Source: an uncultured Bdellovibrionales bacterium (lineage in GTDB: Bacteria; Bdellovibrionota_G; JALEGL01; JAGRMV01). Taken from it: DNA of 64,000 nt. The DNA is taken from assembly GCA_964497185.1 (NCBI GenBank), contig CAZCBX010000001.1, forward strand, positions 5,333 through 69,332, read 5' to 3'. A program made the translations under genes and the position numbers. Below the pieces are notes generated by a model. That model had not been told where the DNA came from and did not search any database. It saw only the letters and a program-made list of their open reading frames with translations. Below, in pieces: positions 9,872 to 20,031 of the stretch (positions are counted from its first letter, which is position 1; each line of letters starts with the position of its first letter).

Positions 9872-10618
9872 ATGGACGGCATGGAAGAAAAACTGATTGA
9901 ATGGTCCATTGACACCTATTTGTCCACCGAAGCCCTGTGGTTTGCCTCAATTTTTCCCAAGGGCTCACCTTTTACGGCCATCCTAAAACCCAAAGAAAAA
10001 GAACAATGGATTCAAACCCACATTCAAAGCAATGCATCGCAAATTGAAACGCGCGATGGGTGGGTGACGCATTATCAACGGGTAAATGTTCCACGTGGAA
10101 CATTTGAGGTGCATCCAGGGGTTTTTATTGCCGATGCGCACATTGAAATTCGGGAAGGATGTGTCATTGAATCGGGGGCTTATTTGGCTGGACCCACGAT
10201 ATTGGGTGCAGGCACCACGGTACGACATGGTGCCTATGTGCGCGGTGGGGTGATCACCGGCGAAAAAGCCATGATAGGACACGCCACAGAAATCAAATCG
10301 GCCATTCTTGGCAATGAAGCCAAAGCAGCGCATTTTGCTTATGTGGGTGATTGCATTTTGGGCTCAGAGGTCAATTTGGGTGCAGGCACCAAACTATCCA
10401 ATCTAACCATTGGCGGTCGAGAGATCAGTGTGCGCATTCATGCACAACGGGTGCCGACGGGCTTGAGAAAATTTGGCGGTATTTTGGGTGATCGGGTTCA
10501 AACCGGTTGCAATGCAGTGATCAACCCTGGAGCACTGTTGGGGCCGGGCTGTATGGTTTTTCCATGCGCATCGGTTAAAAATCAATATTATCCTGCCAAA
10601 AGCATTATTCGCGCTTAA
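9872..10618 (+). CDS. Left-handed beta-helix (hexapeptide-repeat) transferase-family protein
   Basis: 248 aa with repeated [LIV]-G-x-x-x-x hexapeptide pattern from about residue 85; unusual position between mnmE and mnmG. Confidence 0.55.
   Translation: MDGMEEKLIEWSIDTYLSTEALWFASIFPKGSPFTAILKPKEKEQWIQTHIQSNASQIETRDGWVTHYQRVNVPRGTFEVHPGVFIADAHIEIREGCVIESGAYLAGPTILGAGTTVRHGAYVRGGVITGEKAMIGHATEIKSAILGNEAKAAHFAYVGDCILGSEVNLGAGTKLSNLTIGGREISVRIHAQRVPTGLRKFGGILGDRVQTGCNAVINPGALLGPGCMVFPCASVKNQYYPAKSIIRA
10087..10102. other. parS site (TGTTCCACGTGGAACA), inside the hexapeptide-protein coding sequence
   Basis: Perfect 16-bp palindrome within a perfect 22-bp palindrome AAATGTTCCACGTGGAACATTT. Confidence 0.72.
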
Positions 10619-10640
10619 AAAGACGCACCTCTTCACATAA

Positions 10641-10656
10641 TGTTCCACGTGAAACA
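10641..10656. other. parS site (TGTTCCACGTGAAACA)
   Basis: Exact match to the Bacillus subtilis-type parS 16-mer as I recall it (Lin and Grossman). Confidence 0.75.
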
Positions 10657-10709
10657 TTTATGATGTTTTGGGGACAAACAATTGAGGTTTCTGTCCCCAA
10701 AAGCGGTTG

Positions 10710-10725
10710 TGTTCCACGTGGAACA
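10710..10725. other. parS site (TGTTCCACGTGGAACA)
   Basis: Perfect 16-bp palindrome about 85 bp upstream of mnmG. Confidence 0.72.
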
Positions 10726-10805
10726 TTGGAGATGGAAAATGTTCATGGCCAGCCGTAAGGGCCTGCTTTCTTCTTTCGATAAAATGACCAATGTGGTAAG
10801 AACGG

Positions 10806-12689
10806 GTGATGAAAAAAGACGTGTTGGTCATAGGGGCAGGCCATGCTGGTTTAGAAGCAGCCATGGCAGCAGCGCGAATGGGTGCACAAACCTGTTTGCT
10901 TACTGGCAATTTGGATCGCATTGGCCATATGTCCTGCAACCCAGCCATTGGCGGGTTGGGAAAATCCCATTTGGTCAAAGAAATTGATGCCATGGGCGGT
11001 GCCATGGCCCGGGCCATTGATGCCACCGGCATACAGTTCCGAAAACTCAACACCCGAAAAGGCCCGGCCGTTTGGGCCACCCGTGGTCAAGCCGATAAAT
11101 ACCAATATGCCGCTTACATGAAAAATGCCGCAGAGTATCATGATGGCCTGCTGGTCAAAGAAGGCATGGCTGCGTCCTTGTTGATTGAAGACGGCCGCTG
11201 TGTGGGCGTAGAAACTGGCACGGGTGAAATCATTGAAGCGGGCAGCGTGGTGTTGGCCACGGGCACGTTTTTAAATGGCCTTATGCACATTGGCACCCAT
11301 ACAGAAGCGGGCGGTCGGGCCGGAGATGCCGCCTCCACGTCTTTAAGTCAGTCGTTGCTGCGCATTGGTTTTCGCATGGGCCGCATGAAAACAGGCACCG
11401 TGCCTCGGCTGGATGCCAACACCATTGACTACACCCATTTGGAAGTGCAGCCCGGCGATACGCCCACCCCTTATTTTTCATTTTTTCACCGCGCGACGCG
11501 ATTGCCCCAAGTGTCTTGTCACATGACCTACACCAATGAAAAAACCCATGATTTGATTCGCGCACATTTGCATGAATCAGCCATGTACAGCGGCAAAATA
11601 CAAAGCGTGGGACCCCGGTACTGCCCTTGCATTGAAGACAAAATCGTTCGTTTTGCAGACAAAGACCAGCATCAGATTTTTCTCGAGCCCGAAGGGCTTA
11701 ACACCAGTGAAGTGTATCCCAATGGACTGTCCAACTCTTTGCCTTTGGCCGTGCAGCTGGCCTTTTTGCGCACGATTGCGGGTCTGGAAAAAGTGGAAGT
11801 AATGCGACCTGGCTACGCCATTGAATACGATTATGTGGATCCCACAGAGCTTCATCCCTGGTTGGAAACAAAAAAAGTCAAAGGGTTGTTTCTTGCAGGG
11901 CAAATCAACGGCACCACGGGGTACGAGGAAGCCGGCGCGCAAGGCCTGCTGGCAGGAGTTAATGCCGTACTAAGCCTTCAGCAGCAAACGGATTATTATG
12001 TGCCTTCGCGCGCGCAAAGTTACATGGGTGTGTTGGTGGACGATTTGGTCACCAAAGGCACCACCGAGCCATACAGAATGTTTACTTCACGCGCCGAACA
12101 TCGTTTGCACTTGCGCGAAGACAATGCTGACCAGCGGCTGTTGCCCGATGCGCACCGCCTGGGCTTGATCGATGCACAAACCCATCAAGCTTTTGAGGAA
12201 AAAATGGCCAACCTTCAAACGTTGCAACATGCATTAACCCAAAAACAATTTACGCCCACCCCAGCGTTTAATGAAAAGTTGCAAAGCATGGGCCTCAGCG
12301 CTTTGCAAGGGCCCAACACGGCCAAGGTTTTTTTACGCCGGCCGGAGGTCACCTGGTCGACGTTGCAAACACTGGTGCCCGAATGGCAATCGGTGGATCC
12401 GGCCTTGGGTGAGGTGATTCAAATTGACACCAAGTATGAAGGGTACATTCAAAAAGAACAAATCGAAGTGCGCCGCAGTCTGCAGGAAGAAAAAATGACC
12501 ATTCCGCAAGGTTTTGATTACAACGCGCTGCCAAGCTTATCCAACGAAATCAAAGAAAAACTATCCACCATTCAACCCCGAACATTGGGCCAAGCAGCCC
12601 GTATTTCAGGCGTAACGCCGGCGGCCATTGGTATTTTATCGGTGTATGTCAAAAAAGAATTTGGATCGACAACAAAGGAAACGGTATGA
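10806..12689 (+). CDS. mnmG: tRNA uridine 5-carboxymethylaminomethyl modification enzyme MnmG (GidA)
   Basis: 627 aa; N-terminal FAD-binding fold ([15 protein letters not shown]). Confidence 0.93.
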   Translation: MMKKDVLVIGAGHAGLEAAMAAARMGAQTCLLTGNLDRIGHMSCNPAIGGLGKSHLVKEIDAMGGAMARAIDATGIQFRKLNTRKGPAVWATRGQADKYQYAAYMKNAAEYHDGLLVKEGMAASLLIEDGRCVGVETGTGEIIEAGSVVLATGTFLNGLMHIGTHTEAGGRAGDAASTSLSQSLLRIGFRMGRMKTGTVPRLDANTIDYTHLEVQPGDTPTPYFSFFHRATRLPQVSCHMTYTNEKTHDLIRAHLHESAMYSGKIQSVGPRYCPCIEDKIVRFADKDQHQIFLEPEGLNTSEVYPNGLSNSLPLAVQLAFLRTIAGLEKVEVMRPGYAIEYDYVDPTELHPWLETKKVKGLFLAGQINGTTGYEEAGAQGLLAGVNAVLSLQQQTDYYVPSRAQSYMGVLVDDLVTKGTTEPYRMFTSRAEHRLHLREDNADQRLLPDAHRLGLIDAQTHQAFEEKMANLQTLQHALTQKQFTPTPAFNEKLQSMGLSALQGPNTAKVFLRRPEVTWSTLQTLVPEWQSVDPALGEVIQIDTKYEGYIQKEQIEVRRSLQEEKMTIPQGFDYNALPSLSNEIKEKLSTIQPRTLGQAARISGVTPAAIGILSVYVKKEFGSTTKETV

Positions 12690-13528
12690 AAAAAGCCCAC
12701 TGTGTAGCCATCTCCAATCAAAAGGGTGGGGTCGGCAAAACCACCACCGCCATTAATTTATCGGCATCGCTGGCCGCATTGGAACACAAAACGTTATTGG
12801 TGGATATGGATCCGCAAGCCAACGCCACCAGCGGGGTTGGCATATTTGATATTCCCACCGATACACCCAGCGTGTACGAAGCGCTATTGGGCCAAGCCCA
12901 AACCTCAGCGCTCATCATGAACACCGCCGTGCCCATGTTGGACCTTTTGCCGGCCACCACCGATTTGGTGGGTTTTGAAGTCGAAGGACTGGAATTGCCC
13001 GAACGCCAAGCCCGCTTGGCCCAAGCGCTTTCCAGCGTGGCCAACCAATATGATTACATCGTCATTGATTGCCCACCTTCCCTGAGTTTGCTGACCCTTA
13101 ATGCACTGTGCGCAGCCGACGGTGTGCTGGTGCCGCTGCAATCGGAATATTACGCGTTGGAGGGATTGTCCCGGTTAACGCAAACCATTTCGCGCATCCA
13201 GCAAGTCTACAATCCGACCCTCCAGTTGGAGGCCATTTTGTTGACCATGTTTGACCGCCGCAACAGTTTGTCTTTTCAAGTGGAAAAAGAAGTGCTGACC
13301 CACTTTCCCGACGTGGTCATGAAAACCAAAATCCCGCGCAACGTACGCTTGTCGGAGGCGCCCAGTTTTGGCAAACCTATTGTCACCTACGACATTCGTA
13401 GCGCGGGCGCGCAAAGCTACCTTGCGTGCGCTGCGGAATACCACACACTGGCATCCAAAACCAAACAACCTGAAACCGTGGTTGCACCCCAGCCTTTGGT
13501 TTCAACCAACCCTGAGGTTCAACCATGA
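12686..13528 (+). CDS. parA: Chromosome partitioning ATPase ParA/Soj
   Basis: 280 aa; deviant Walker A (KGGVGKTTT); 4-nt overlap with mnmG, with no rsmG in between. Confidence 0.92.
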   Translation: MKKAHCVAISNQKGGVGKTTTAINLSASLAALEHKTLLVDMDPQANATSGVGIFDIPTDTPSVYEALLGQAQTSALIMNTAVPMLDLLPATTDLVGFEVEGLELPERQARLAQALSSVANQYDYIVIDCPPSLSLLTLNALCAADGVLVPLQSEYYALEGLSRLTQTISRIQQVYNPTLQLEAILLTMFDRRNSLSFQVEKEVLTHFPDVVMKTKIPRNVRLSEAPSFGKPIVTYDIRSAGAQSYLACAAEYHTLASKTKQPETVVAPQPLVSTNPEVQP

Positions 13529-14409
13529 AAGAAACCAATCGACTGGGCCGAGGCATTTCCTCGCTGATTCCCAACAAACCCGCCGAGCCACAAACCACCG
13601 CGGCCAACGCGTCTGCCACCACGGCGTCCACGGGCCAGCCCATGCAAGAAATTGCCATCGACCAACTTAAAGTCAATCCACGCCAACCGCGTAAATCATT
13701 TGATGAAACTGCCATGCAAGAGCTGGCCAGCTCCATCAAAGAAAAAGGCGTGCTGGTCCCCATTTTGGTGCGTCGGGTGGGCCATCACTTTGAAATCATT
13801 GCCGGCGAACGACGGTATCGAGCCAGCAAACAAGCCGGCTTGAAAAAAATGCCAGCTCATGTGGTCACCATGTCCGACCAAGAACAGTTGGAAGCCGCTT
13901 TGATCGAAAACATCATTCGCGAAGACCTATCGGCTTGTGAAACCGCGCGCGCTTTTGAGCAGCTCCAAAAACAATTTAATTTAACCCAAGAAGACATTGC
14001 CACCCGTACCGGCAAAGACCGAAGCACCGTGGCCAATTTTTTGCGCTTGTTGCAATTGCCCAAAAGCATTCAAACCCTGGTGGATCAGAAAAAAATCACC
14101 ATGGGTCATGCCCGCGCGCTTTTGCGTTTTGACAATCCAGTCCACCAAGACCTGCTGTCCACCATGATCGTGGAAAAAGGTTTAAGCGTTCGCCAAGTCG
14201 AGCAGTGGAGTTTTAACCCTAAGAAAAAGAAGGTCAAACCGCAAGCCAAGGCTGTTTCGCCCAATTTGCGCGACACGGTCGAGACCATCCAACGCAAGCT
14301 GGGGGCCAAAGTACACATTCAGGCCAAAACCGATGAAAAAGGGGAAATCCGCATCCCTTATTACCATCCCCAAGAGCTGCAGAAAATTTTAAGCCAATTG
14401 CTTAAATAG
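13525..14409 (+). CDS. parB: Chromosome partitioning protein ParB/Spo0J
   Basis: 294 aa; ParB box (GERRYRA); HTH region; 4-nt overlap with parA. Confidence 0.92.
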   Translation: MKETNRLGRGISSLIPNKPAEPQTTAANASATTASTGQPMQEIAIDQLKVNPRQPRKSFDETAMQELASSIKEKGVLVPILVRRVGHHFEIIAGERRYRASKQAGLKKMPAHVVTMSDQEQLEAALIENIIREDLSACETARAFEQLQKQFNLTQEDIATRTGKDRSTVANFLRLLQLPKSIQTLVDQKKITMGHARALLRFDNPVHQDLLSTMIVEKGLSVRQVEQWSFNPKKKKVKPQAKAVSPNLRDTVETIQRKLGAKVHIQAKTDEKGEIRIPYYHPQELQKILSQLLK

Positions 14410-14434
14410 CCTTTTGCTTCCAAGCACTTGGCTT

Positions 14435-14488
14435 TTGACAAACAATGTCAAAATGCCATTGACACGCAGGGGCCAAACTTCGTATAAT
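14435..14488 (+). promoter_or_regulatory. Consensus sigma-70 promoter overlapped by a TTGACA/TGTCAA inverted repeat, upstream of the VWA gene
   Basis: TTGACA (14459-14464), 18-bp spacer, TATAAT (14483-14488); inverted repeat TTGACAaacaaTGTCAA at 14435-14451. Confidence 0.45.
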
Positions 14489-14595
14489 GATGGGTAACAA
14501 AGCATGTCAACCCACCCAAAACATTGGTTTGGTTGATATGCGCAGGGATGATTAAGGAAGCGGCGCACCCATTGAAAACAAAAGAAACCATATTT

Positions 14596-15873
14596 ATGTT
14601 GTCCATTGTGGCCTTTCTGGCCCTTTTTGCTACCTACAACAACTGTGGGCTGCAAATTCCGGGTCAAGATGTGAAACAAAACACCACACCCGCCACCAAC
14701 ACCCAAGGCAACTTGGTTACCGACACATGGACTCAACCCGCCGCCGATCAACCCCCCATGAAGCCAGAAGTTATTTTTGTCATGGACACCTCGGGTTCCA
14801 TGTCCCCCAAAGTCACGGCCTTGAGTGATTCCATTGAAGGTTGGTTGGATCAACTGTCCAGCCGAAACCTGGACGAACTTTGCTTGGGCGTCATTCGTGC
14901 GCATACCAGCTCGCTGACCAGCGGAAAACTGGTGGCCAAAGCCGGCAATCAGCTCTGTTATTGCACCTTTGGTGAAAACGCCGTGGCGGTGGAGCAGGCC
15001 GTGGATCGATTTCGAGAAAACTTGGACGAAGCCCTCATGTCGCCCACCGGCAGCGCCAATGAAGAGGCCGGCATTTATAGCATGCAAAAAGCCTTAACGG
15101 ATGACGCGCTTTTGGACACCCATCAAAATGCAGGTTGTTTTCGGGACGACACCGCGCTGATCCCCATCTTGGTGAGCGACGAAAACGACATGAGTGCCGC
15201 CATGGACAGCGATACACTGATGTTTGACAATGACAATTTGATTGGCCAGGGCAACAGCTTTTCCACCACCCCTGGCGACCCCTTTTATCACAGCCAGCTG
15301 CCTACAGCTTTGCCCAGCGAGGCCTTGGCCCGTCGCAATTATTATACGCGCAAAATGGAGGGGGGTCCTTACATCACCGATGCCAGCGGCCGGTATGTCA
15401 ATCAAATTACGCACGTCACCTTGGCCCAGGCGGTCAAAGAGTTCAATCAAGCGTTTCCAAGCTTCGGTGCGGCCATTGGCTTTTATCCCGATCGTCTACC
15501 CACCAATCTAGAGCAAAATGCGCCTTACTGGGGTGGGCAGCAGTTTGCCCAAGAATTCAACAATCCCATGGTTGACATGCGCGAAGCGCTCAACAGCGAC
15601 CAAACCGCATTTCAAAACGAAATGAACCAGATGGCCGAAGCATTGGCCAACAGTTTGCAGTACTTTTATACGTTTGACCTCACGCAAAGCATTTGTGATC
15701 AAAATCAAAACGGCATGATCAACGACGAACCCGTGCAAGTAAGCGTCAATGGCCAAGTGGTGGAAGCCGACCAATACACCATCGAGCGCGCCGATCGATT
15801 GGCTTTTGCATCAAGTTTTGCATGGAGTCCTTCAGACCAGATCAGCATTGCCTACACCGTTTGCACCCCCTAA
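14596..15873 (+). CDS. Secreted von Willebrand factor A (VWA) domain protein
   Basis: N-terminal hydrophobic signal; MIDAS motif (VIFVMDTSGSMS); start adjusted to internal Met (MLSIVAF). Confidence 0.55.
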   Translation: MLSIVAFLALFATYNNCGLQIPGQDVKQNTTPATNTQGNLVTDTWTQPAADQPPMKPEVIFVMDTSGSMSPKVTALSDSIEGWLDQLSSRNLDELCLGVIRAHTSSLTSGKLVAKAGNQLCYCTFGENAVAVEQAVDRFRENLDEALMSPTGSANEEAGIYSMQKALTDDALLDTHQNAGCFRDDTALIPILVSDENDMSAAMDSDTLMFDNDNLIGQGNSFSTTPGDPFYHSQLPTALPSEALARRNYYTRKMEGGPYITDASGRYVNQITHVTLAQAVKEFNQAFPSFGAAIGFYPDRLPTNLEQNAPYWGGQQFAQEFNNPMVDMREALNSDQTAFQNEMNQMAEALANSLQYFYTFDLTQSICDQNQNGMINDEPVQVSVNGQVVEADQYTIERADRLAFASSFAWSPSDQISIAYTVCTP

Positions 15874-16026
15874 CTTTCGGTTAATTTTACCAACAAATAT
15901 TGCCTGCAGAGCCTTTTATGATAAGGGTTTGCAGGCAATACCGCATTGACACACGTCATCATTTGCTGTACGTAATGGGCAGCCCGTGGTCCATGAACCG
16001 TTTGACCCCGGCTGGAGGATGACACT

Positions 16027-17658
16027 GTGAAAAAAATAACCACTTTATGCATGACCCTTTTGATGTTGCAAGCTTGCGGTTTGCAATTGCTCGATCCAGC
16101 AGCGCGCAACAACACCTCGCCTGCGGTGCCCAATCCGGATGACACCACCTACACCGTGGGTGGAACCGTGGTGGGTCTGCCCATGGGTAAAAATGTCGAC
16201 GTGGCCATCAACGAAAATGCCTACACCCTCGACACCAATGGCACTTTTACCTTTCCGGAAACTTTTGACTTCAACCAATCCTATGACGTGCAAGTGGCCC
16301 AAGGCCCTGGTGGCGCCTACATTTGCAGCGTGGATCAAGGTCAAGGCGTGGTTCAAAACGATGTAGACAATGTGCTCATTGAGTGCACGTGCGATGTGGA
16401 CAGTCTTGGCCCTGGCAAAGGCACCCAAACCGATCCGTACAAAGTGTACACCGCCGAACAATTTGATGCTTGGGCCGTGGCCGGCAATTCGCCCGTCAAC
16501 GATGCGCAACATTTTTTGCAAGTGTGTGAACTTGATTTTCAAAACATCGACGCGCCAACCCCCATGGGTACGCGCAATCAACCGTTTAACGGCATTTATG
16601 ACGGCAATGAATTTTTTATGATCAATTACACCTCCGACGCGCAAGCACCCAGCAGCAAAGGTTCGGGGCAAACAGCCAAAGGAATTTTTGGTTACACTTA
16701 TGACGCCTTTGTCACCCGCGTTCGTTTGGCCCAGATTTACATTCAAGGGTCAGCCGACTTAACCAATGCCCGCGTGGGCGGTTTGATTGGCCAGGCCGGC
16801 CTGACCGCGCTGGAAGACATCTATGCCACCAACATTCGCCTGGAGTTGGATGAAGGCACCTACAATGGTGTGGGCGGTTTGGTGGGCCGTCAATTGTATG
16901 TGGTGCAAACCAGCGCCACCCCCGAACAGCGCGCTGCACGCGCCATTCATTTAGATCAAATCACCATTGTTCGAAATCACCCCACCCCCCAATTGGTGGA
17001 GTTGTCCATTGATGCCTGCAACGATGGCAGCATTGCCTGCAACATCGGCGGTGTATTTGGTTTAGTGGAAGGTGTGACCGAAAACATCATGGCCCGTCAA
17101 GTGAATATGATGGGATGTGATGTGAACTGCGGCGGCTTGGCCGGTCGTTACAATGAATTGGAAGACGCCAACGGTGTGCTCGATGTTGACATGAAAGACG
17201 TGACCATCACCGATGGGTACATTGATGGTGGCTACATTGTGGGCGGCTTGGTGGGCTTGCATTATGCCAAAGCCAAGCGCGTGTCTTTTGATGGAACCGT
17301 GTATGCCTCGCGCACAGGTTCTGGCTGTGTGGGCGGTCTGATTGGTTATGCCACGCCGGCCAAAGGCACATTGGAAGATGCCTACGTATCGGCAGATATT
17401 CAGGCTTTGATTGCCAATCCGCTGGAAGTCGGCTTTGTGGCTGGTCATTTGATGGAAACGCTTAATGTCAGCTATGATGCCAACCGAACCTGCACCTTTT
17501 GTGAAGTGATCAACGATGTTTCCTCTCAGGCCAATGTGGCGGCATTTTACGATGCCACCGACAGCGCCATGCAATCATGGGACACGCAAAACACATGGTG
17601 TCTGTTGGCAAATGATTTTGCCCAGCTGCGCGAGGTGCCGTTTTCTTCATGTGAATAG
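16027..17658 (+). CDS. Large lipoprotein with GLUG-type glycine-rich repeats
   Basis: Lipobox MLQAC-G; repeated GGL[IV]G motifs (GGLIGQ, GGLVGR, GGLAGR, GGLVGL, GGLIGY). Confidence 0.5.
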   Translation: MKKITTLCMTLLMLQACGLQLLDPAARNNTSPAVPNPDDTTYTVGGTVVGLPMGKNVDVAINENAYTLDTNGTFTFPETFDFNQSYDVQVAQGPGGAYICSVDQGQGVVQNDVDNVLIECTCDVDSLGPGKGTQTDPYKVYTAEQFDAWAVAGNSPVNDAQHFLQVCELDFQNIDAPTPMGTRNQPFNGIYDGNEFFMINYTSDAQAPSSKGSGQTAKGIFGYTYDAFVTRVRLAQIYIQGSADLTNARVGGLIGQAGLTALEDIYATNIRLELDEGTYNGVGGLVGRQLYVVQTSATPEQRAARAIHLDQITIVRNHPTPQLVELSIDACNDGSIACNIGGVFGLVEGVTENIMARQVNMMGCDVNCGGLAGRYNELEDANGVLDVDMKDVTITDGYIDGGYIVGGLVGLHYAKAKRVSFDGTVYASRTGSGCVGGLIGYATPAKGTLEDAYVSADIQALIANPLEVGFVAGHLMETLNVSYDANRTCTFCEVINDVSSQANVAAFYDATDSAMQSWDTQNTWCLLANDFAQLREVPFSSCE

Positions 17659-17813
17659 GGGAAGGTTTACGGGGCGCAAGCCGTTGAAAAAAGAGGCTTT
17701 GACGTTCAAATAACTTGACAGATAGGGGCTATTTTAATATCCCCTACCCATGTTCCATGGCTGTTTTTTTAAGCCATGCAACCACACCAGCAACGCCTAC
17801 CAGGAGAGCCACC

Positions 17814-18272
17814 ATGGGAATTCTTAAAAACGAAGACATGCCCCGAAGTCTAGCCCAAACCCCGACCAATGTGGGCGGCTTTAATGCCATTTTGGATCGT
17901 GGCAGTGAGTTTGAAGGCAAACTTACGTTTCAGGGCACGGTACGCATTGATGGTAAATTTAAAGGCGAAGTTTTTTCCAAAAGTCATATTGTCATTGGGG
18001 AAAGTGGTGAAGTCGAAGGTTCTGCCAACATTGGCTCCATTTCCATCAGCGGTCATTTTAAAGGCGACATCACCGCCAAAGAAAAAGTAGAGCTTCACCC
18101 TTCAGCCGTGGTCGATGGCGACATCACCACACCATCCCTGATTATTGAAGAAGGCGTAACATTTAATGGACGCGCCATCATGGAAACCGGTAAAACAAAA
18201 AAAATACAGAGCAGTGATCCTTTGGCACAAAAAACGGATGCCAAACCGGCCATCACGCCTGCCAACGCATAG
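17814..18272 (+). CDS. Bactofilin (CcmA-like polymer-forming cytoskeletal protein)
   Basis: DUF583-type beta-helical repeat pattern (FEGKLTFQGTVRIDGKFKGEV...GEVEGSANIGSISISGHFKGDI); start adjusted to MGILKNE. Confidence 0.75.
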   Translation: MGILKNEDMPRSLAQTPTNVGGFNAILDRGSEFEGKLTFQGTVRIDGKFKGEVFSKSHIVIGESGEVEGSANIGSISISGHFKGDITAKEKVELHPSAVVDGDITTPSLIIEEGVTFNGRAIMETGKTKKIQSSDPLAQKTDAKPAITPANA

Positions 18273-18854
18273 TTGATTGTAAGGAAAAATCACTTGAAAC
18301 AAACTGTGGACATCATTGTTATTGGCGCCCTGTTTTTGGTATTGGGCTTTGCATTGAATCATTTTGGTTTTTGGCAAGCCATCGATATGGATACCCCCCA
18401 TGGGTTGATCGTACAAGGGTGCATGTTTTTGGTGCTTTGGTTTGTGCTGTCCAAATTTTTATTTGTCCCCTTTGTACAGCTTTCACAAGAACGCGTGGCG
18501 CAAACCGATGGCCGCAAAGAAGATGCGCTTGCACAGCAAAAGCAAGCCGAAGAAATGTTTTCACAATACAAAGCGCAGCTGCAAGAAAGCAAAATTAAAG
18601 CGGCCACCATGGTCCAAACGTTAGCCTTGGAAGCCGAAAAAGAAGAAAAAGAAATTTTGGACCAAGCGCGCGCGCAAGCCAAAGATCATTTGCAAGCGCA
18701 AATTCAAAGCCTGGAAGAACAGCAAGCGCAAGCCAAACAAACATTGGAAAAACAAATCCCCGCCATTGTGGATGACATTGTGGCCCAAACCCTTGGCTTT
18801 TCAACGGCCCAAAACAGTTCATCCGCGCAACCAGAAATGAGTCAAACTTCATGA
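18273..18854 (+). CDS. atpF2: F0F1 ATP synthase subunit b'
   Basis: 193 aa; single N-terminal TM helix then long Ala/Gln/Glu/Lys-rich coiled coil; immediately precedes a second b-type subunit. Confidence 0.68.
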   Translation: MIVRKNHLKQTVDIIVIGALFLVLGFALNHFGFWQAIDMDTPHGLIVQGCMFLVLWFVLSKFLFVPFVQLSQERVAQTDGRKEDALAQQKQAEEMFSQYKAQLQESKIKAATMVQTLALEAEKEEKEILDQARAQAKDHLQAQIQSLEEQQAQAKQTLEKQIPAIVDDIVAQTLGFSTAQNSSSAQPEMSQTS

Positions 18855-19345
18855 CCCATCTACCCGCTCTTTCTAGTTTTATTAATTTTGCAGTGTTGAT
18901 GGGTTTGCTCATTTTCTTGCTGCGCAAACCGGTCACGGCTTTTTTGCAAGATCGAAGTCAAACGTTGTCCAAAGAGCTCACCGAAAGTGAAAAGCTACGC
19001 GCGCAAGCGCAGGCAATGCTGGCGCAATACCAAGAAAAAATGAATCAGCTGGATGCGGAAGTCGAAACCATTTTAACCAAAGCCAAACAAGACGGACAAA
19101 AACTCCGAGACGAAATTTTGCAACAAGCACAGCGACAAGCCGCCCAGACCATGGAAAACGCCAAACTTGCAGCCAACAATCAAGCCGATGTGATGATTGA
19201 AAATTTGCAAAAAGAAATCATGGCAGCGGCCCTTGCGCAAGCTTCACAAAAGGTGGCCAAAAAGGCCGATACTTCGGACCACCAGCAATACGTCAACCAA
19301 TTTATGGAAGAACTACAAGGGGGATTTGATGGCCGTATCCGCTGA
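18851..19345 (+). CDS. atpF: F0F1 ATP synthase subunit b
   Basis: 164 aa; N-terminal TM helix plus coiled coil; 4-nt overlap with the preceding b' gene. Confidence 0.75.
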   Translation: MTHLPALSSFINFAVLMGLLIFLLRKPVTAFLQDRSQTLSKELTESEKLRAQAQAMLAQYQEKMNQLDAEVETILTKAKQDGQKLRDEILQQAQRQAAQTMENAKLAANNQADVMIENLQKEIMAAALAQASQKVAKKADTSDHQQYVNQFMEELQGGFDGRIR

Positions 19346-19889
19346 CATTCTTGCCAAAAAATATGCACAAGCTTTTTTAAGTTTATTGACCGAAGGCAAA
19401 CAAACATCTTCTTTGGACCAATTTGCGCAAGAGCTTGATGCATTGGGCGTGCTGGGCCATGGAGAGATTCAAGACTTTTTTCAAAATCCCTTGTTCACCA
19501 TGGAAGAAAAAGCCAAGGTGCTCAGCCATGCATTGGAACAAGTCAATGCTTCACCCTTGACCCATCAGTTTTTATTGGCTGTCAATCAAGCAGGGCACGC
19601 TGAGCTGATCCACGACATCGCGCAAGAATTTGGCAAAGCGCTTTTGGCACAAAATAAAACGGTTCGTGTATTGGTCACCAGCGCCAAAGAACTGGATGAC
19701 TCGGTACAAAAAGCACTGACCCAAAGTTTTACCAAGCAGCTGGGTCAAGACATCCTTTTGGAAACGCAGGTTGATCCATCCTTGTTGGGCGGTCTTCGGG
19801 CAACGGTGGGTGGCGTGGTTTTTGATTCCACCATCACCGGCTATTTGGATCGACTTGGCAAACAATTTTCAACCAACAACGTGCGATAG
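19329..19889 (+). CDS. atpH: F0F1 ATP synthase subunit delta (OSCP)
   Basis: Start adjusted to [16 protein letters not shown]; about 186 aa; position between b and alpha. Confidence 0.8.
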   Translation: MAVSADILAKKYAQAFLSLLTEGKQTSSLDQFAQELDALGVLGHGEIQDFFQNPLFTMEEKAKVLSHALEQVNASPLTHQFLLAVNQAGHAELIHDIAQEFGKALLAQNKTVRVLVTSAKELDDSVQKALTQSFTKQLGQDILLETQVDPSLLGGLRATVGGVVFDSTITGYLDRLGKQFSTNNVR

Positions 19890-20031
19890 ACAGCAAAGGA
19901 TTGAAAGGTATGGATATCGGCGTACAAAAGATTTTAGACAGACTTTTCTCAAAGGCCGGTATTCACCAGCCTGGAGAAAAAAGAGTACGCGTCTTAGGGC
20001 GTGTATAAAATATGAAGGAGAAATCATTAGC

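Noticed and set aside
19771-20031. 87-codon N-terminal extension of the atpA ORF in the track (592 aa)
   Set aside because: The extension overlaps atpH in another frame. The canonical start MNIRAEEIS at 20032 has a strong RBS and gives the expected ~505 aa alpha subunit.
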